From Planctomycetota bacterium (GTDB taxonomy: Bacteria; Planctomycetota; JAJSAM01; JAJVHW01): a stretch of 64,000 nucleotides of DNA. A program made the position numbers and the translations under genes. How positions within the stretch are numbered: the first letter of the stretch is position 1; the number at the start of each line of letters is the position of its first letter. Positions 52,542 to 61,000 of the stretch are shown here, piece by piece. The DNA lies in assembly GCA_965248445.1 (NCBI GenBank), contig CBDFJG010000002.1, positions 224,001 to 288,000 of the forward strand, in the 5' to 3' direction. The notes under the pieces are model-generated. The model was not told the origin of the DNA and did no database searches. It saw only the letters and a list, made by a program, of their open reading frames with translations.

Positions 52542-54842
52542 GTGAACAGAGCGATTCGGATCATCACGCTCGGGCTGCTGCTCTCGATGGCAGCCTCCGG
52601 TGTTGATTCGGCGCGGGCCGGCGTCGAGGGCGAAGTCCGCAGCAAGGACAAGGTTCTCGGCACCATCCTCCCGGCCACCGAGATCGAGCGCTGGACGATT
52701 CAGTGCCCGAAGGACAGCAAGCTCAAGATCGTCCTGAAGGGACCCAAGAAGAAGACCGGCGGGGCGGTGTCGTTCCGGCTGATCGACACCAACGACGAAG
52801 AACTCGTCGGCCTCCCGATCATCCCGAAGAGAACCGGTGCCGTGCTCAAGGACTTCATCTGCCCCGAGTCCGGCCCGTACACCGTCGAGGTGTTCGCACC
52901 GGACGAACTGACCGGTGGCGACTACTCACTGAAGTTGATCTGCAAGGCGCCGCGCAGGCTGACGTTCACCGAGACGCTCGACGGTACCGAGAAGACGTAC
53001 GCGTTCTTCGCGTCACTCGTCACCAAGGCGAAGGCGAAGATCACGGTCGACAAGGGCTCGCTCGCGGACCCGCGCATCGTGCGCATGCTCGGCCCGGAGG
53101 GCTTCGACGTGCCCGTCGAGGGTTCCGCAAAGGCCGTCGCCAGTCCCAAGATCGATCTCACGAAGACGGGCGACTACGGCCTGAAGTTCGACGGCGACGG
53201 CGGTGCGGTGACCGGTTCACTGAAGTTGAAGCCGCAGAAGTCGGTCTCGCGCATCGTCGACGTGCGGTCCGGCACGATCGACCCCGGCGGAGCCGGTGGG
53301 GAGGACGGTGTCGCGGGAGTGATCGGTCCAGACGGCGGCATGGTCATCGCGCCCGAGGGCGAGTCGCCGGTCGGGATCGAGGGCGCCGCGATCGACGTCC
53401 CGGCAGGTGCGCTCGAAGGCGCCGTCGCGATCGTCATCGCAACGGCGCCGCCGATCGGGCCGCAGAACGAGACCGAGGACCCCGTCGGGAACACCGTGTT
53501 CTACGGTCCCGAGGGACTCGAGTTCGCCGAGGACGCAACGCTCACACTGCCGTTCGATCCGTCGCTCGTCGAGACCGAGGAAGACGTGATGATCTACACG
53601 CAGGACGCGCAGGGGAACGTCACGTTGATGGACCCCAGCACGTACGTCGTGGATCTGCTGGCCGGCCTCGTCACGGTGACGACGTCGCACTTCAGCACGT
53701 TCCGTGTCTTCGCCGAGCGCGGCCCCATCGAGGTGGCGTCGCTCAGCGAGACGATCACAGATGCCCGCGCAATCGGCGGCGTAGCGACGTTCGGGACGAT
53801 CGGTGACGGTCCGAGTCGGCAGGGTCTGTCGGACGGCAAGCAGTTCACGCTCGTCGTGCCGGTCGACGTACTCGTCGCCGACGGAGAGGTGGTCAAGCGG
53901 ATCTCCCACTTGGAGGGCCAGGGCACGATCGAGCAGGTCATCGCCGGTGGAGGCCAAAGCACGCAGACCGGCGGGCCGGCGACGGACTACGACTTCTCCG
54001 GCCCGATCACGGCCGTGCTCTCGAAGGGCGGTTTCGCGTCGTCCATACTCGTCGCGACGGAGACCCAGGTGTTCGTGCTCGAGCCCGACCAGAAGTCGGG
54101 GGAGCCGACGGTCGAGGGGCTCGCCGGCACCGGCGGGGTCGGCGACTCCGGCGACGGGGGGCACCCCACGCTGGCGCAGTTCACCAGCATCGCCGCGATC
54201 GCGTGCGACGCGACCGGACAGTTCCTCTACATCCTGGATCGCGGCGCCTCACGCATCCGCTGCGTCGACCTGGACGCCGAGATCATCTCGACGTCCACCG
54301 GCACGGGAACGTCCGGTCTCGCCATGGACGGGGATCCGCTCGGCAACTCCCCGCTCCAGGATCCGCGTGCGCTGGTCGCCGACCCGTGGACGCCGGGCGG
54401 GTTCTTCCTGGCCGATGGTGGGCGCATCCGTCACGTGAAGTTCGGGACCGTCCTCGACCCGACGGAGCAGAACCTGACCTACGCCGGTAGATCCGACGGC
54501 TCGACGGGCGCGTCTGGCGACGGTGGCCGCCGGCTCGACGCGAAGTTCCAATCCCTGCGCAGCATCGCCGTCGACTTCCTCGGTGACCGTCTCTTCGTGG
54601 CGGACGCGGTGGATCACACGGTTCGCGAGATCCGGACGCAGCCGGGCGGCCTGGTGCGCACGCTGTTCGGCACGTCGGGAACGCCCGGCAATGACGGTGA
54701 TCCGTTCATGTCGCCGGGCCACCTCGACACGCCGATCGGTGTGGCGCGGACGCTCGGCTCACTCGTGATCCTGGAGGAGGGTGGCGGGGTGCGCAACGCG
54801 CCGCTGCCCATTCCCGGCAACGGCGTCATCATCGATCGGTGA
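52542..54842 (+). CDS. Secreted multidomain protein: beta-sandwich domains, ZU5-like domain with HFS motif, NHL-like repeats
   Basis: AGGAGGTG RBS, signal peptide; IGPDGG..IDVPAGAL..GPEGLEF..LTLPF..TSHFS; repeats such as AGTG..GDSGDGG..AQF. Confidence 0.78.
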   Translation: MNRAIRIITLGLLLSMAASGVDSARAGVEGEVRSKDKVLGTILPATEIERWTIQCPKDSKLKIVLKGPKKKTGGAVSFRLIDTNDEELVGLPIIPKRTGAVLKDFICPESGPYTVEVFAPDELTGGDYSLKLICKAPRRLTFTETLDGTEKTYAFFASLVTKAKAKITVDKGSLADPRIVRMLGPEGFDVPVEGSAKAVASPKIDLTKTGDYGLKFDGDGGAVTGSLKLKPQKSVSRIVDVRSGTIDPGGAGGEDGVAGVIGPDGGMVIAPEGESPVGIEGAAIDVPAGALEGAVAIVIATAPPIGPQNETEDPVGNTVFYGPEGLEFAEDATLTLPFDPSLVETEEDVMIYTQDAQGNVTLMDPSTYVVDLLAGLVTVTTSHFSTFRVFAERGPIEVASLSETITDARAIGGVATFGTIGDGPSRQGLSDGKQFTLVVPVDVLVADGEVVKRISHLEGQGTIEQVIAGGGQSTQTGGPATDYDFSGPITAVLSKGGFASSILVATETQVFVLEPDQKSGEPTVEGLAGTGGVGDSGDGGHPTLAQFTSIAAIACDATGQFLYILDRGASRIRCVDLDAEIISTSTGTGTSGLAMDGDPLGNSPLQDPRALVADPWTPGGFFLADGGRIRHVKFGTVLDPTEQNLTYAGRSDGSTGASGDGGRRLDAKFQSLRSIAVDFLGDRLFVADAVDHTVREIRTQPGGLVRTLFGTSGTPGNDGDPFMSPGHLDTPIGVARTLGSLVILEEGGGVRNAPLPIPGNGVIIDR

Positions 54843-54891
54843 CACCGCGCGCAGCGTCGGTCCGCATCGCGTTAGCGGATGAGCCAGAGAC

Positions 54892-57800
54892 TCAGTGGAA
54901 GTCGCGGCTGCGCGTGCGGTGTGGCCGTTCATTCAGCCGCGGCGTGAAGAAGCGCTCGGCGATCAGATGGACCACGTTCTGCTCGACCTGCAGGCGGCCG
55001 GCCACACCGACAAAGTTGGCGCTGCGTGCCAGGGTGGCGAAGCGGTCGAAGACCTGTTTCCAGACGACCAGATTCACGAAGCCGGTCTCGTCCTCCATCG
55101 TCATGAACGTGACGCCCGCCGCCGTGCCCGGGCGCTGGCGGCAGATCACGACGCCCGCGTAACGCACGCGTCGGCCGTCGCCGAGAGCAGCCACCTCGCG
55201 GGCGGACGGGAGCCCCTGCTCACGTAACACCTCGCGGAGCGGCGCGAGCGGGTGGCCCCGCGGGCTGTGGTTCGCCGCGCGGTAGTCCCACCCGATCGTC
55301 TCGAAGGCGTCGAGCGACTCGAATGCGGGGCTTCGTTCTCGCACCGTGATGGGCAGTTCCGGCCGTACGCGGGCGCGTAACCCGCGGACCTGCCAGAGTG
55401 CGTCGCGGCGGGAGACGCGGAACACCTCGAACGCTCCCGCCTCCGCCAACGCGGCGAGTTGCTTGGCGCCGATGCCGGAGCGGCGCACGAAGTCCTCGAG
55501 TGACGTGAAGGGTGCCATGTCCTGCGCCGCCTCGATCGCCTCCTGCTCACGGGCGCCGAGGGTCTTCACGTAGCGCAGTCCCATGCGCACGGCGAAGTGG
55601 TTCTCCTCGCACGGCTCGAGCGTGCAGTCCCACTCGCTCTTCCGCACGCACACGGGGTGGATCACGAGTCCGTGGCGCTTGGCGTCGTCGATGATCGTGG
55701 CCGGCTCGTAGAAGCCCATCGGTTGTGCGTTCAGGAGTGAGCACGTGAACTCGGGCAGGTAGTGGCAGCGCAGCCATGACGTCGCGTAGCTGATCAACGC
55801 GAAGCTCGCCGCGTGACTCTCGGGGAACCCGTACTCCCCGAAGCCCCGGATCTGCTCGAACACCCGCTCGGCGAACTCGATCTCGATCCCCTTCGTGACC
55901 ATGCGCGTGACCAGCCGGTCGCGGTGCTGTTCGATGCGTCCGGTCTTGCGCCACGCCGCCATGTCGCGGCGCAACTGGTCTGCCTCGCCGGGCGTGTAGT
56001 CGGCGGCCACGACCGCGAGGCGCATGACCTGTTCCTGGAAGATCGGGACGCCGAGCGTCTTCGCGAGTACCGGTTCGAGCACGCTGTGCGGGTAGACGAC
56101 CGTCTCCTCGCCGGCGCGGCGCCGCAGATACGGATGCACCATGCCGCCGGTGATCGGACCGGGACGCACGATGCTGACCTCGATGACGAGGTCGTAGAAG
56201 TTGCGGGGACGCAGACGGGGCAGCATCGCCATCTGCGCACGGCTCTCGATCTGGAACACACCGACGGTGTCCGCGCTGCAGATCATGTCGAACGTCGCCT
56301 CGTCGTCGGGGGGAATGGTCGCCATCGACAGTTCGCGTGCGCGGGACGCACGCAGCAGGTCGAAGCAGAGGTGCAGGTGCGTCAGCGCACCCAGACCGAG
56401 GAGATCGACCTTGAACAGACCGAGTGCCTCGACGTCCTCCTTGTCCCACTGGATGACCGTGCGGTTCGACATCGTGGCGTTCTCGATGGGCACCAGGTCG
56501 TGCACGGGTTCGTGTCCGAGCAGGAATCCGCCGGGGTGGATGGACAGGTGCCGGGGGAAGTCGAGGATCTCGTTGGCGAGCCGGAGCAGGTGCGCTTCTG
56601 CGGGCGGCAGGCGCATCTGGTTGCCCCCCTCCCCGGCATGCCCGTCCGTCGCGTTGGCACGCACGAGAGCACCGGCGTCCACGGTCTCGTAGCGCCCGAG
56701 TTGCCGCGCCATGCGGTCGAGCGCGGTCTCCGGCAGTCCGAGCGCCTTGCCGACATCGCGCACGGCGGAGCGCGGCCGATAGCGGATCAGGTTGGCGACC
56801 ATCGCAGCGTGCGTGCGGCCGTACTTCTCGTAGACGTGTTGGATCACCTCCTCGCGGCGGTCGTGCTCGATGTCGAGGTCGATGTCCGGCGGCTCGGCAC
56901 GCTCCATCGACAGGAAGCGCTCGAACAGGAGCCCCATGCGAACGGGGTCGACGGCCGTGATCCAGAGGCAGTAGCACACGGCGGAGTTGGCGGCCGAGCC
57001 GCGGCCCTGGCAGAGGATGTCCTGCTCGCGGCAGAAGCGGACGATCTCGTGCATCGTCAGGAAGTAGCCCGGGTAGTCGAGCGCATCGATGACGCCGAGT
57101 TCCTTCTCGAGTTGGTCGAGTACGTCAGGGGGCGGTTCGCCCGTGTAGCGCAGCCGTGCGCCGCGCAGGGTGAGTTCGCGCAGCCATTCGGATGACGAGG
57201 AACCGTCCGGCAGGCGTTCGGACGGATAGCGGTAACGCAGGTCGTCCATCGAGAACGTGCAGCGCGCGGCGATCTCCCGTGTGCGTTCGACGGTGTCGGG
57301 GGCATCACCGTAGAGCGAGCGGAACTCGGCCGGAGAGAGCAGGTGATGTTCTGCGTTCGGGCGCAGCAGCCGGCCGGCGGTCGTGAGCGTCTTGCCGTGC
57401 CGGATGCAGGTCAGGATGTCTTGCAGATCGCGTCGTGCGCGGGTGTGGTACAGCACGCGTGTGCCCGCAACGAGCGGCAGGCCGAAGTGTGCGGCGCGGG
57501 CGCGCAAGCGCGCTTCACACGCGGGATCGTCAGCGTGACGGTGGCGGGTCAGCAGGGCGAACAACTCCGAACCGAATGCGTCGGAGAGAGCGCCGGCGAC
57601 CCTTTCGTCGAAATCGTCGGCTGTGAGGAGCGCATGCCGTCCGCCCCACAACGCGAGCAGCCCTCCGGCGTGTGAGCACACCTCGTCCCACGTGACACGG
57701 CTCGCACCCTTGGCCGAGCGCAGACGCCCTGCCGTGAGCAGCCTGCAGAGGTGTGCGTAACCGGTGCGGTCCTCGGCGAGCAGCACCAGTTCGCTCGCGC

Positions 57801-58035
57801 TCTCGTCGTTCTCCCCGACAGTGACCGTCGCGCCGACGAGGAGGTGGATGCCGGCCTCTTTGGCCGCGACGTGCGCGCGCACGATCCCGTACACGCCGTC
57901 GCGATCCGCCACGGTGACGGCGCGCAGCCCTAGGTGCCGGGCTTCCTCGATCAGTTCAGCCGGGTCACTGGCGCCCTCGAGGAACGAGAAGTGCGTCTGG
58001 CACCAGAGCGCTGCGTGCGGCGACAGAGCGCTCAT
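54892..58035 (-). CDS. dnaE2: Error-prone DNA polymerase DnaE2
   Basis: Motifs [57 protein letters not shown]-terminal SRDFH. Confidence 0.97.
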   Translation of the reverse strand: MSALSPHAALWCQTHFSFLEGASDPAELIEEARHLGLRAVTVADRDGVYGIVRAHVAAKEAGIHLLVGATVTVGENDESASELVLLAEDRTGYAHLCRLLTAGRLRSAKGASRVTWDEVCSHAGGLLALWGGRHALLTADDFDERVAGALSDAFGSELFALLTRHRHADDPACEARLRARAAHFGLPLVAGTRVLYHTRARRDLQDILTCIRHGKTLTTAGRLLRPNAEHHLLSPAEFRSLYGDAPDTVERTREIAARCTFSMDDLRYRYPSERLPDGSSSSEWLRELTLRGARLRYTGEPPPDVLDQLEKELGVIDALDYPGYFLTMHEIVRFCREQDILCQGRGSAANSAVCYCLWITAVDPVRMGLLFERFLSMERAEPPDIDLDIEHDRREEVIQHVYEKYGRTHAAMVANLIRYRPRSAVRDVGKALGLPETALDRMARQLGRYETVDAGALVRANATDGHAGEGGNQMRLPPAEAHLLRLANEILDFPRHLSIHPGGFLLGHEPVHDLVPIENATMSNRTVIQWDKEDVEALGLFKVDLLGLGALTHLHLCFDLLRASRARELSMATIPPDDEATFDMICSADTVGVFQIESRAQMAMLPRLRPRNFYDLVIEVSIVRPGPITGGMVHPYLRRRAGEETVVYPHSVLEPVLAKTLGVPIFQEQVMRLAVVAADYTPGEADQLRRDMAAWRKTGRIEQHRDRLVTRMVTKGIEIEFAERVFEQIRGFGEYGFPESHAASFALISYATSWLRCHYLPEFTCSLLNAQPMGFYEPATIIDDAKRHGLVIHPVCVRKSEWDCTLEPCEENHFAVRMGLRYVKTLGAREQEAIEAAQDMAPFTSLEDFVRRSGIGAKQLAALAEAGAFEVFRVSRRDALWQVRGLRARVRPELPITVRERSPAFESLDAFETIGWDYRAANHSPRGHPLAPLREVLREQGLPSAREVAALGDGRRVRYAGVVICRQRPGTAAGVTFMTMEDETGFVNLVVWKQVFDRFATLARSANFVGVAGRLQVEQNVVHLIAERFFTPRLNERPHRTRSRDFH

Positions 58036-58037
58036 CG

Positions 58038-59750
58038 TTACTCCACCGCCCCTTGCAGGAACCAGCGCCGCCGGTGCCGGTCGTGGAAGACCCACAGGAG
58101 GTCGCCGCGGGCGGTCTCGGTGAAGTGGTACGCGCGGTGCACCTCGGTGCGCGTGCCCACCACCGACGTCCCCGGGGCGGCCGCCCACCAGCCGCCGGAG
58201 AGCACGTAGGGACCGGTCTGCCGGCGCACCGGCCCGCATTGCAGTCCTGCGAGCAGCCAGCCGTCGGGATCGTGTCGCGAACGGGGCGCGAGTGGGAGGG
58301 GCCGCGTGAGCACGCGGCGGACGAGCGCCGCGGGGCGCGTGTCCGCGCGCACGGCGAGCCGCGGGTAGTGCATCTCCTCGAGCGGCTCCCACGAGAACGA
58401 GGCTTCCGGCAGGTGGCCGTCGCGAAGACGTGCGCGCACCACGGCGTGCGGACCCATCTCGGCACGCACCCGTGCCAGCGCGCGTGCAGCCGCCGCGAGA
58501 TCGCGCTTCGGGTTCTCGCGGAAGAGACGCAGTTGCTCGGGGCGCGCCGCCACTCCGCGCACGGTCAGCACGAGTTCGACCACACCCGCTCGTAAATCGC
58601 CGTTCCGTGCGACGGACTCGAGCCGCAACTTCACGAGTTCGAGAACCTGGCGCACGTCGAGGGTCGGGGCCGCCGGCTGCGCCTCGATCCGCACGGGTGC
58701 GCGGTCCTCCAGGTGGAAGCGCAGGAAGAGTGACGCGAGCGCCTGCCTACGTTCGGCGGTCTCGGCGAGGAGTCCCGGGAGGTCCCGTTCGATGACGGCG
58801 AGCAGCCGCTCGCGGCCGGTCTCGGGGAACTCGAACGGAACGCGGCAGACCGGCGGTTCGCGTGGAGCGACCGGCGTGAGCGGTTCGGTCAGCTCTCCGT
58901 TTGCGATCAGGAAGAGACGTTCCGCCTCCTTGCCGAAACGCCGCGCGAGCCCTTCCCGCGGCAGGTCGAGGAAATCCCCCACCCGCCGCACGCCCAGCCG
59001 GTCGAGCGCGTCCCGCAGATTCGGGTCGATCGCGAGCCGTGCGAGCGGCACCCGTCTTGCCGCCTCGCGCTCGTCGTCCGGTGTCGGGAAGAGGGCGACT
59101 CGCCGGCCGGGTTCCGCGGACGCTGCGGATGCTGCGAGCGCACGCGACAGCGCGTACGACCCGAAGCGCGAGACGCCCACCACGATCGACGCGATGAAGC
59201 CCTCCGCGGCGAGCATCCGCGCCAGCCGTTCGCCCCAGGCGAGCAACGTCGGGTGCAGACGGAGCAGGCCCGTTGCGTCGAGCCAGAACACGCCGGGTTC
59301 GCCGAGCCGCGCATCATCTTTCGCGGCTTCGACGTCCGGCGATGCACGGCGGAGCAGCCCGACGACCTCGGCCACACCCGCTGCGATCTCCTCTGCCGGC
59401 ACCTCGGTCGCGCGCAGCCCGGGGCAGAGCGACAGCGCCGCCGCGTACCGCTGCCCCGGCAGGACTCGCGCCCGCCGCGCCGCCTCGTTGGCCTGCACGA
59501 CCTTGCCGCGCGGATGGTCCCGGTCCACCACGACCGCCGGCCCCTCGCGCACCGCGGGCTCCCGCCGCGCGAAGAGTTGGAGCGCGAAGGCAGGCAGGTG
59601 CACGCACGCGATCTGCCCGCGCGGCCGTGCATCGCTCCCTTTGGTGTCCGTAGGCGAGCGGCGCGCGGCACCCCTCGCCTCGGTCTGTACCGGCGCCACC
59701 CCCGTTAGGGGCCGCGTGTTGCCACCTGCTCGCCGTCTCCGTCCACGCAC
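58038..59750 (-). CDS. imuB: ImuB, inactive Y-family polymerase-like protein (start uncertain)
   Basis: Motifs [51 protein letters not shown]; directly upstream of dnaE2. Confidence 0.9.
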   Translation of the reverse strand: MRGRRRRAGGNTRPLTGVAPVQTEARGAARRSPTDTKGSDARPRGQIACVHLPAFALQLFARREPAVREGPAVVVDRDHPRGKVVQANEAARRARVLPGQRYAAALSLCPGLRATEVPAEEIAAGVAEVVGLLRRASPDVEAAKDDARLGEPGVFWLDATGLLRLHPTLLAWGERLARMLAAEGFIASIVVGVSRFGSYALSRALAASAASAEPGRRVALFPTPDDEREAARRVPLARLAIDPNLRDALDRLGVRRVGDFLDLPREGLARRFGKEAERLFLIANGELTEPLTPVAPREPPVCRVPFEFPETGRERLLAVIERDLPGLLAETAERRQALASLFLRFHLEDRAPVRIEAQPAAPTLDVRQVLELVKLRLESVARNGDLRAGVVELVLTVRGVAARPEQLRLFRENPKRDLAAAARALARVRAEMGPHAVVRARLRDGHLPEASFSWEPLEEMHYPRLAVRADTRPAALVRRVLTRPLPLAPRSRHDPDGWLLAGLQCGPVRRQTGPYVLSGGWWAAAPGTSVVGTRTEVHRAYHFTETARGDLLWVFHDRHRRRWFLQGAVE

Positions 59751-59768
59751 ATCCGACTCCGTCCCTGG

Positions 59769-59790
59769 TATACGGACATGCGTCTGTATA
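59769..59790. promoter_or_regulatory. Palindromic candidate SOS/LexA-type operator
   Basis: TATACGGAC-ATGC-GTCTGTATA, with 8 of 9 arm positions complementary, just upstream of imuB. Confidence 0.55.
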
Positions 59791-59881
59791 GCATGGCGGG
59801 GACAGGGATGTCGCGGAGAGATCTGCGCCAGCCCCGATTACCGGGGCCGGCGCGTCAAGGCAGAGCTGGCAGAGCCTGCGA

Positions 59882-60361
59882 CTAATAGTCGCTGCAGTGT
59901 TTCGACCAGTCGGTCGTCGGTGTCGGGAAGTCGACCAGGATGACCTGGAGATCCGTGCCGTCCGGGTAACCGAGTCTCTCATCGTACAGAGCGCACATGT
60001 CGCTGACGGTGAACCCGGCCGTGCTCTGGCCCGCCCACAGATAGTAGGTCTGTGAGGGATCTAATGTCGGCGCAACACCGTTACCCCAGATCCAGTACTC
60101 GGTGCTCGGGCCGTTGAACTCAGTGCGGTGCATGAGGAACGCCGCCTCGAGGATGTTCGACGAACCGGCGATGCGGTACACCTCGACGACGTCGTCGGTG
60201 ACGCCGCCCATGTACATCACGGGTGGGTATTGCTCGACGGCGTACGCATCCGGGGATTGCGTATCCGACTGTTGCGCCGTCGTGCACGCGGTGATCAGCA
60301 GTGCTCCGGCCACGAACGCGACGGCTGTTGCGCGACGTATCGCGCGTGAGATGATGGACAT
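59882..60361 (-). CDS. Hypothetical lipoprotein (159 aa), paralog of 60453..60941
   Basis: GGGAGGG RBS; lipobox LITAC; GVTDDVVEVYR motif. Confidence 0.82.
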   Translation of the reverse strand: MSIISRAIRRATAVAFVAGALLITACTTAQQSDTQSPDAYAVEQYPPVMYMGGVTDDVVEVYRIAGSSNILEAAFLMHRTEFNGPSTEYWIWGNGVAPTLDPSQTYYLWAGQSTAGFTVSDMCALYDERLGYPDGTDLQVILVDFPTPTTDWSKHCSDY

Positions 60362-60452
60362 ACAGCTTCCCTCCCAGTTGGCGCACAGTTTGCGCGCACG
60401 AGTCGTGCGCCGCACTCGCGGCGTACCTATGTCGCGGCCGGCGGGGACGGAG

Positions 60453-60941
60453 CTAGTCGCAGGAATCGGTCGACATGTACGTCGGCATGTAGCTGGAACG
60501 GTGCACCATCGCAGCCGATTTGCTCGGGTAGCCGAGCGACGACCAGTAGGCGTCACACATCATGTCGACGTTGTATCCACTCGTGGACTGGTTCGCGTTG
60601 AACCAGTCGTCGGCGTACAGCGGCAGAGGATACGACTCATCGGCGGCGACGATCCAGTGCTCGTCCGTCACGCCGTTTGAGTTGTTGTTGCGCTCCATCA
60701 GGAACACCGCCACGAGCTTGGGGGCTCCGCCCGCCATCCGGTAGACCTCGACGACGTCGTCGGTCACGCCGGACATTGGCGTCATCATCATCGCCTTGCT
60801 CTCGATGAGCACCGGTCTGACAGTTCTCTCTGTCGCCGACGTCGCCCGCCGCCCGGTCGCGCAGCACGCGGACAGAAGCAGAGCAAGCGACAGCAGCGCT
60901 GCGCCGGTGAGCGCGCGGAACATGCTGATTCGGTGTCGCAC
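60453..60941 (-). CDS. Hypothetical lipoprotein (162 aa), paralog of 59882..60361
   Basis: GGGAGGG RBS; lipobox LLSAC; GVTDDVVEVYR motif. Confidence 0.82.
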   Translation of the reverse strand: MRHRISMFRALTGAALLSLALLLSACCATGRRATSATERTVRPVLIESKAMMMTPMSGVTDDVVEVYRMAGGAPKLVAVFLMERNNNSNGVTDEHWIVAADESYPLPLYADDWFNANQSTSGYNVDMMCDAYWSSLGYPSKSAAMVHRSSYMPTYMSTDSCD

Positions 60942-61000
60942 GTGGAGGCCCTCCCACGCGCACGCTACGCACTCGAGCCGTACCGATGCAAGCGGTACTC

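Noticed and set aside
58036..58392. N-terminal extension of dnaE2 (1166-aa ORF)
   Set aside because: It overlaps the imuB 3' end; the PHP domain begins right after ATG 58035.
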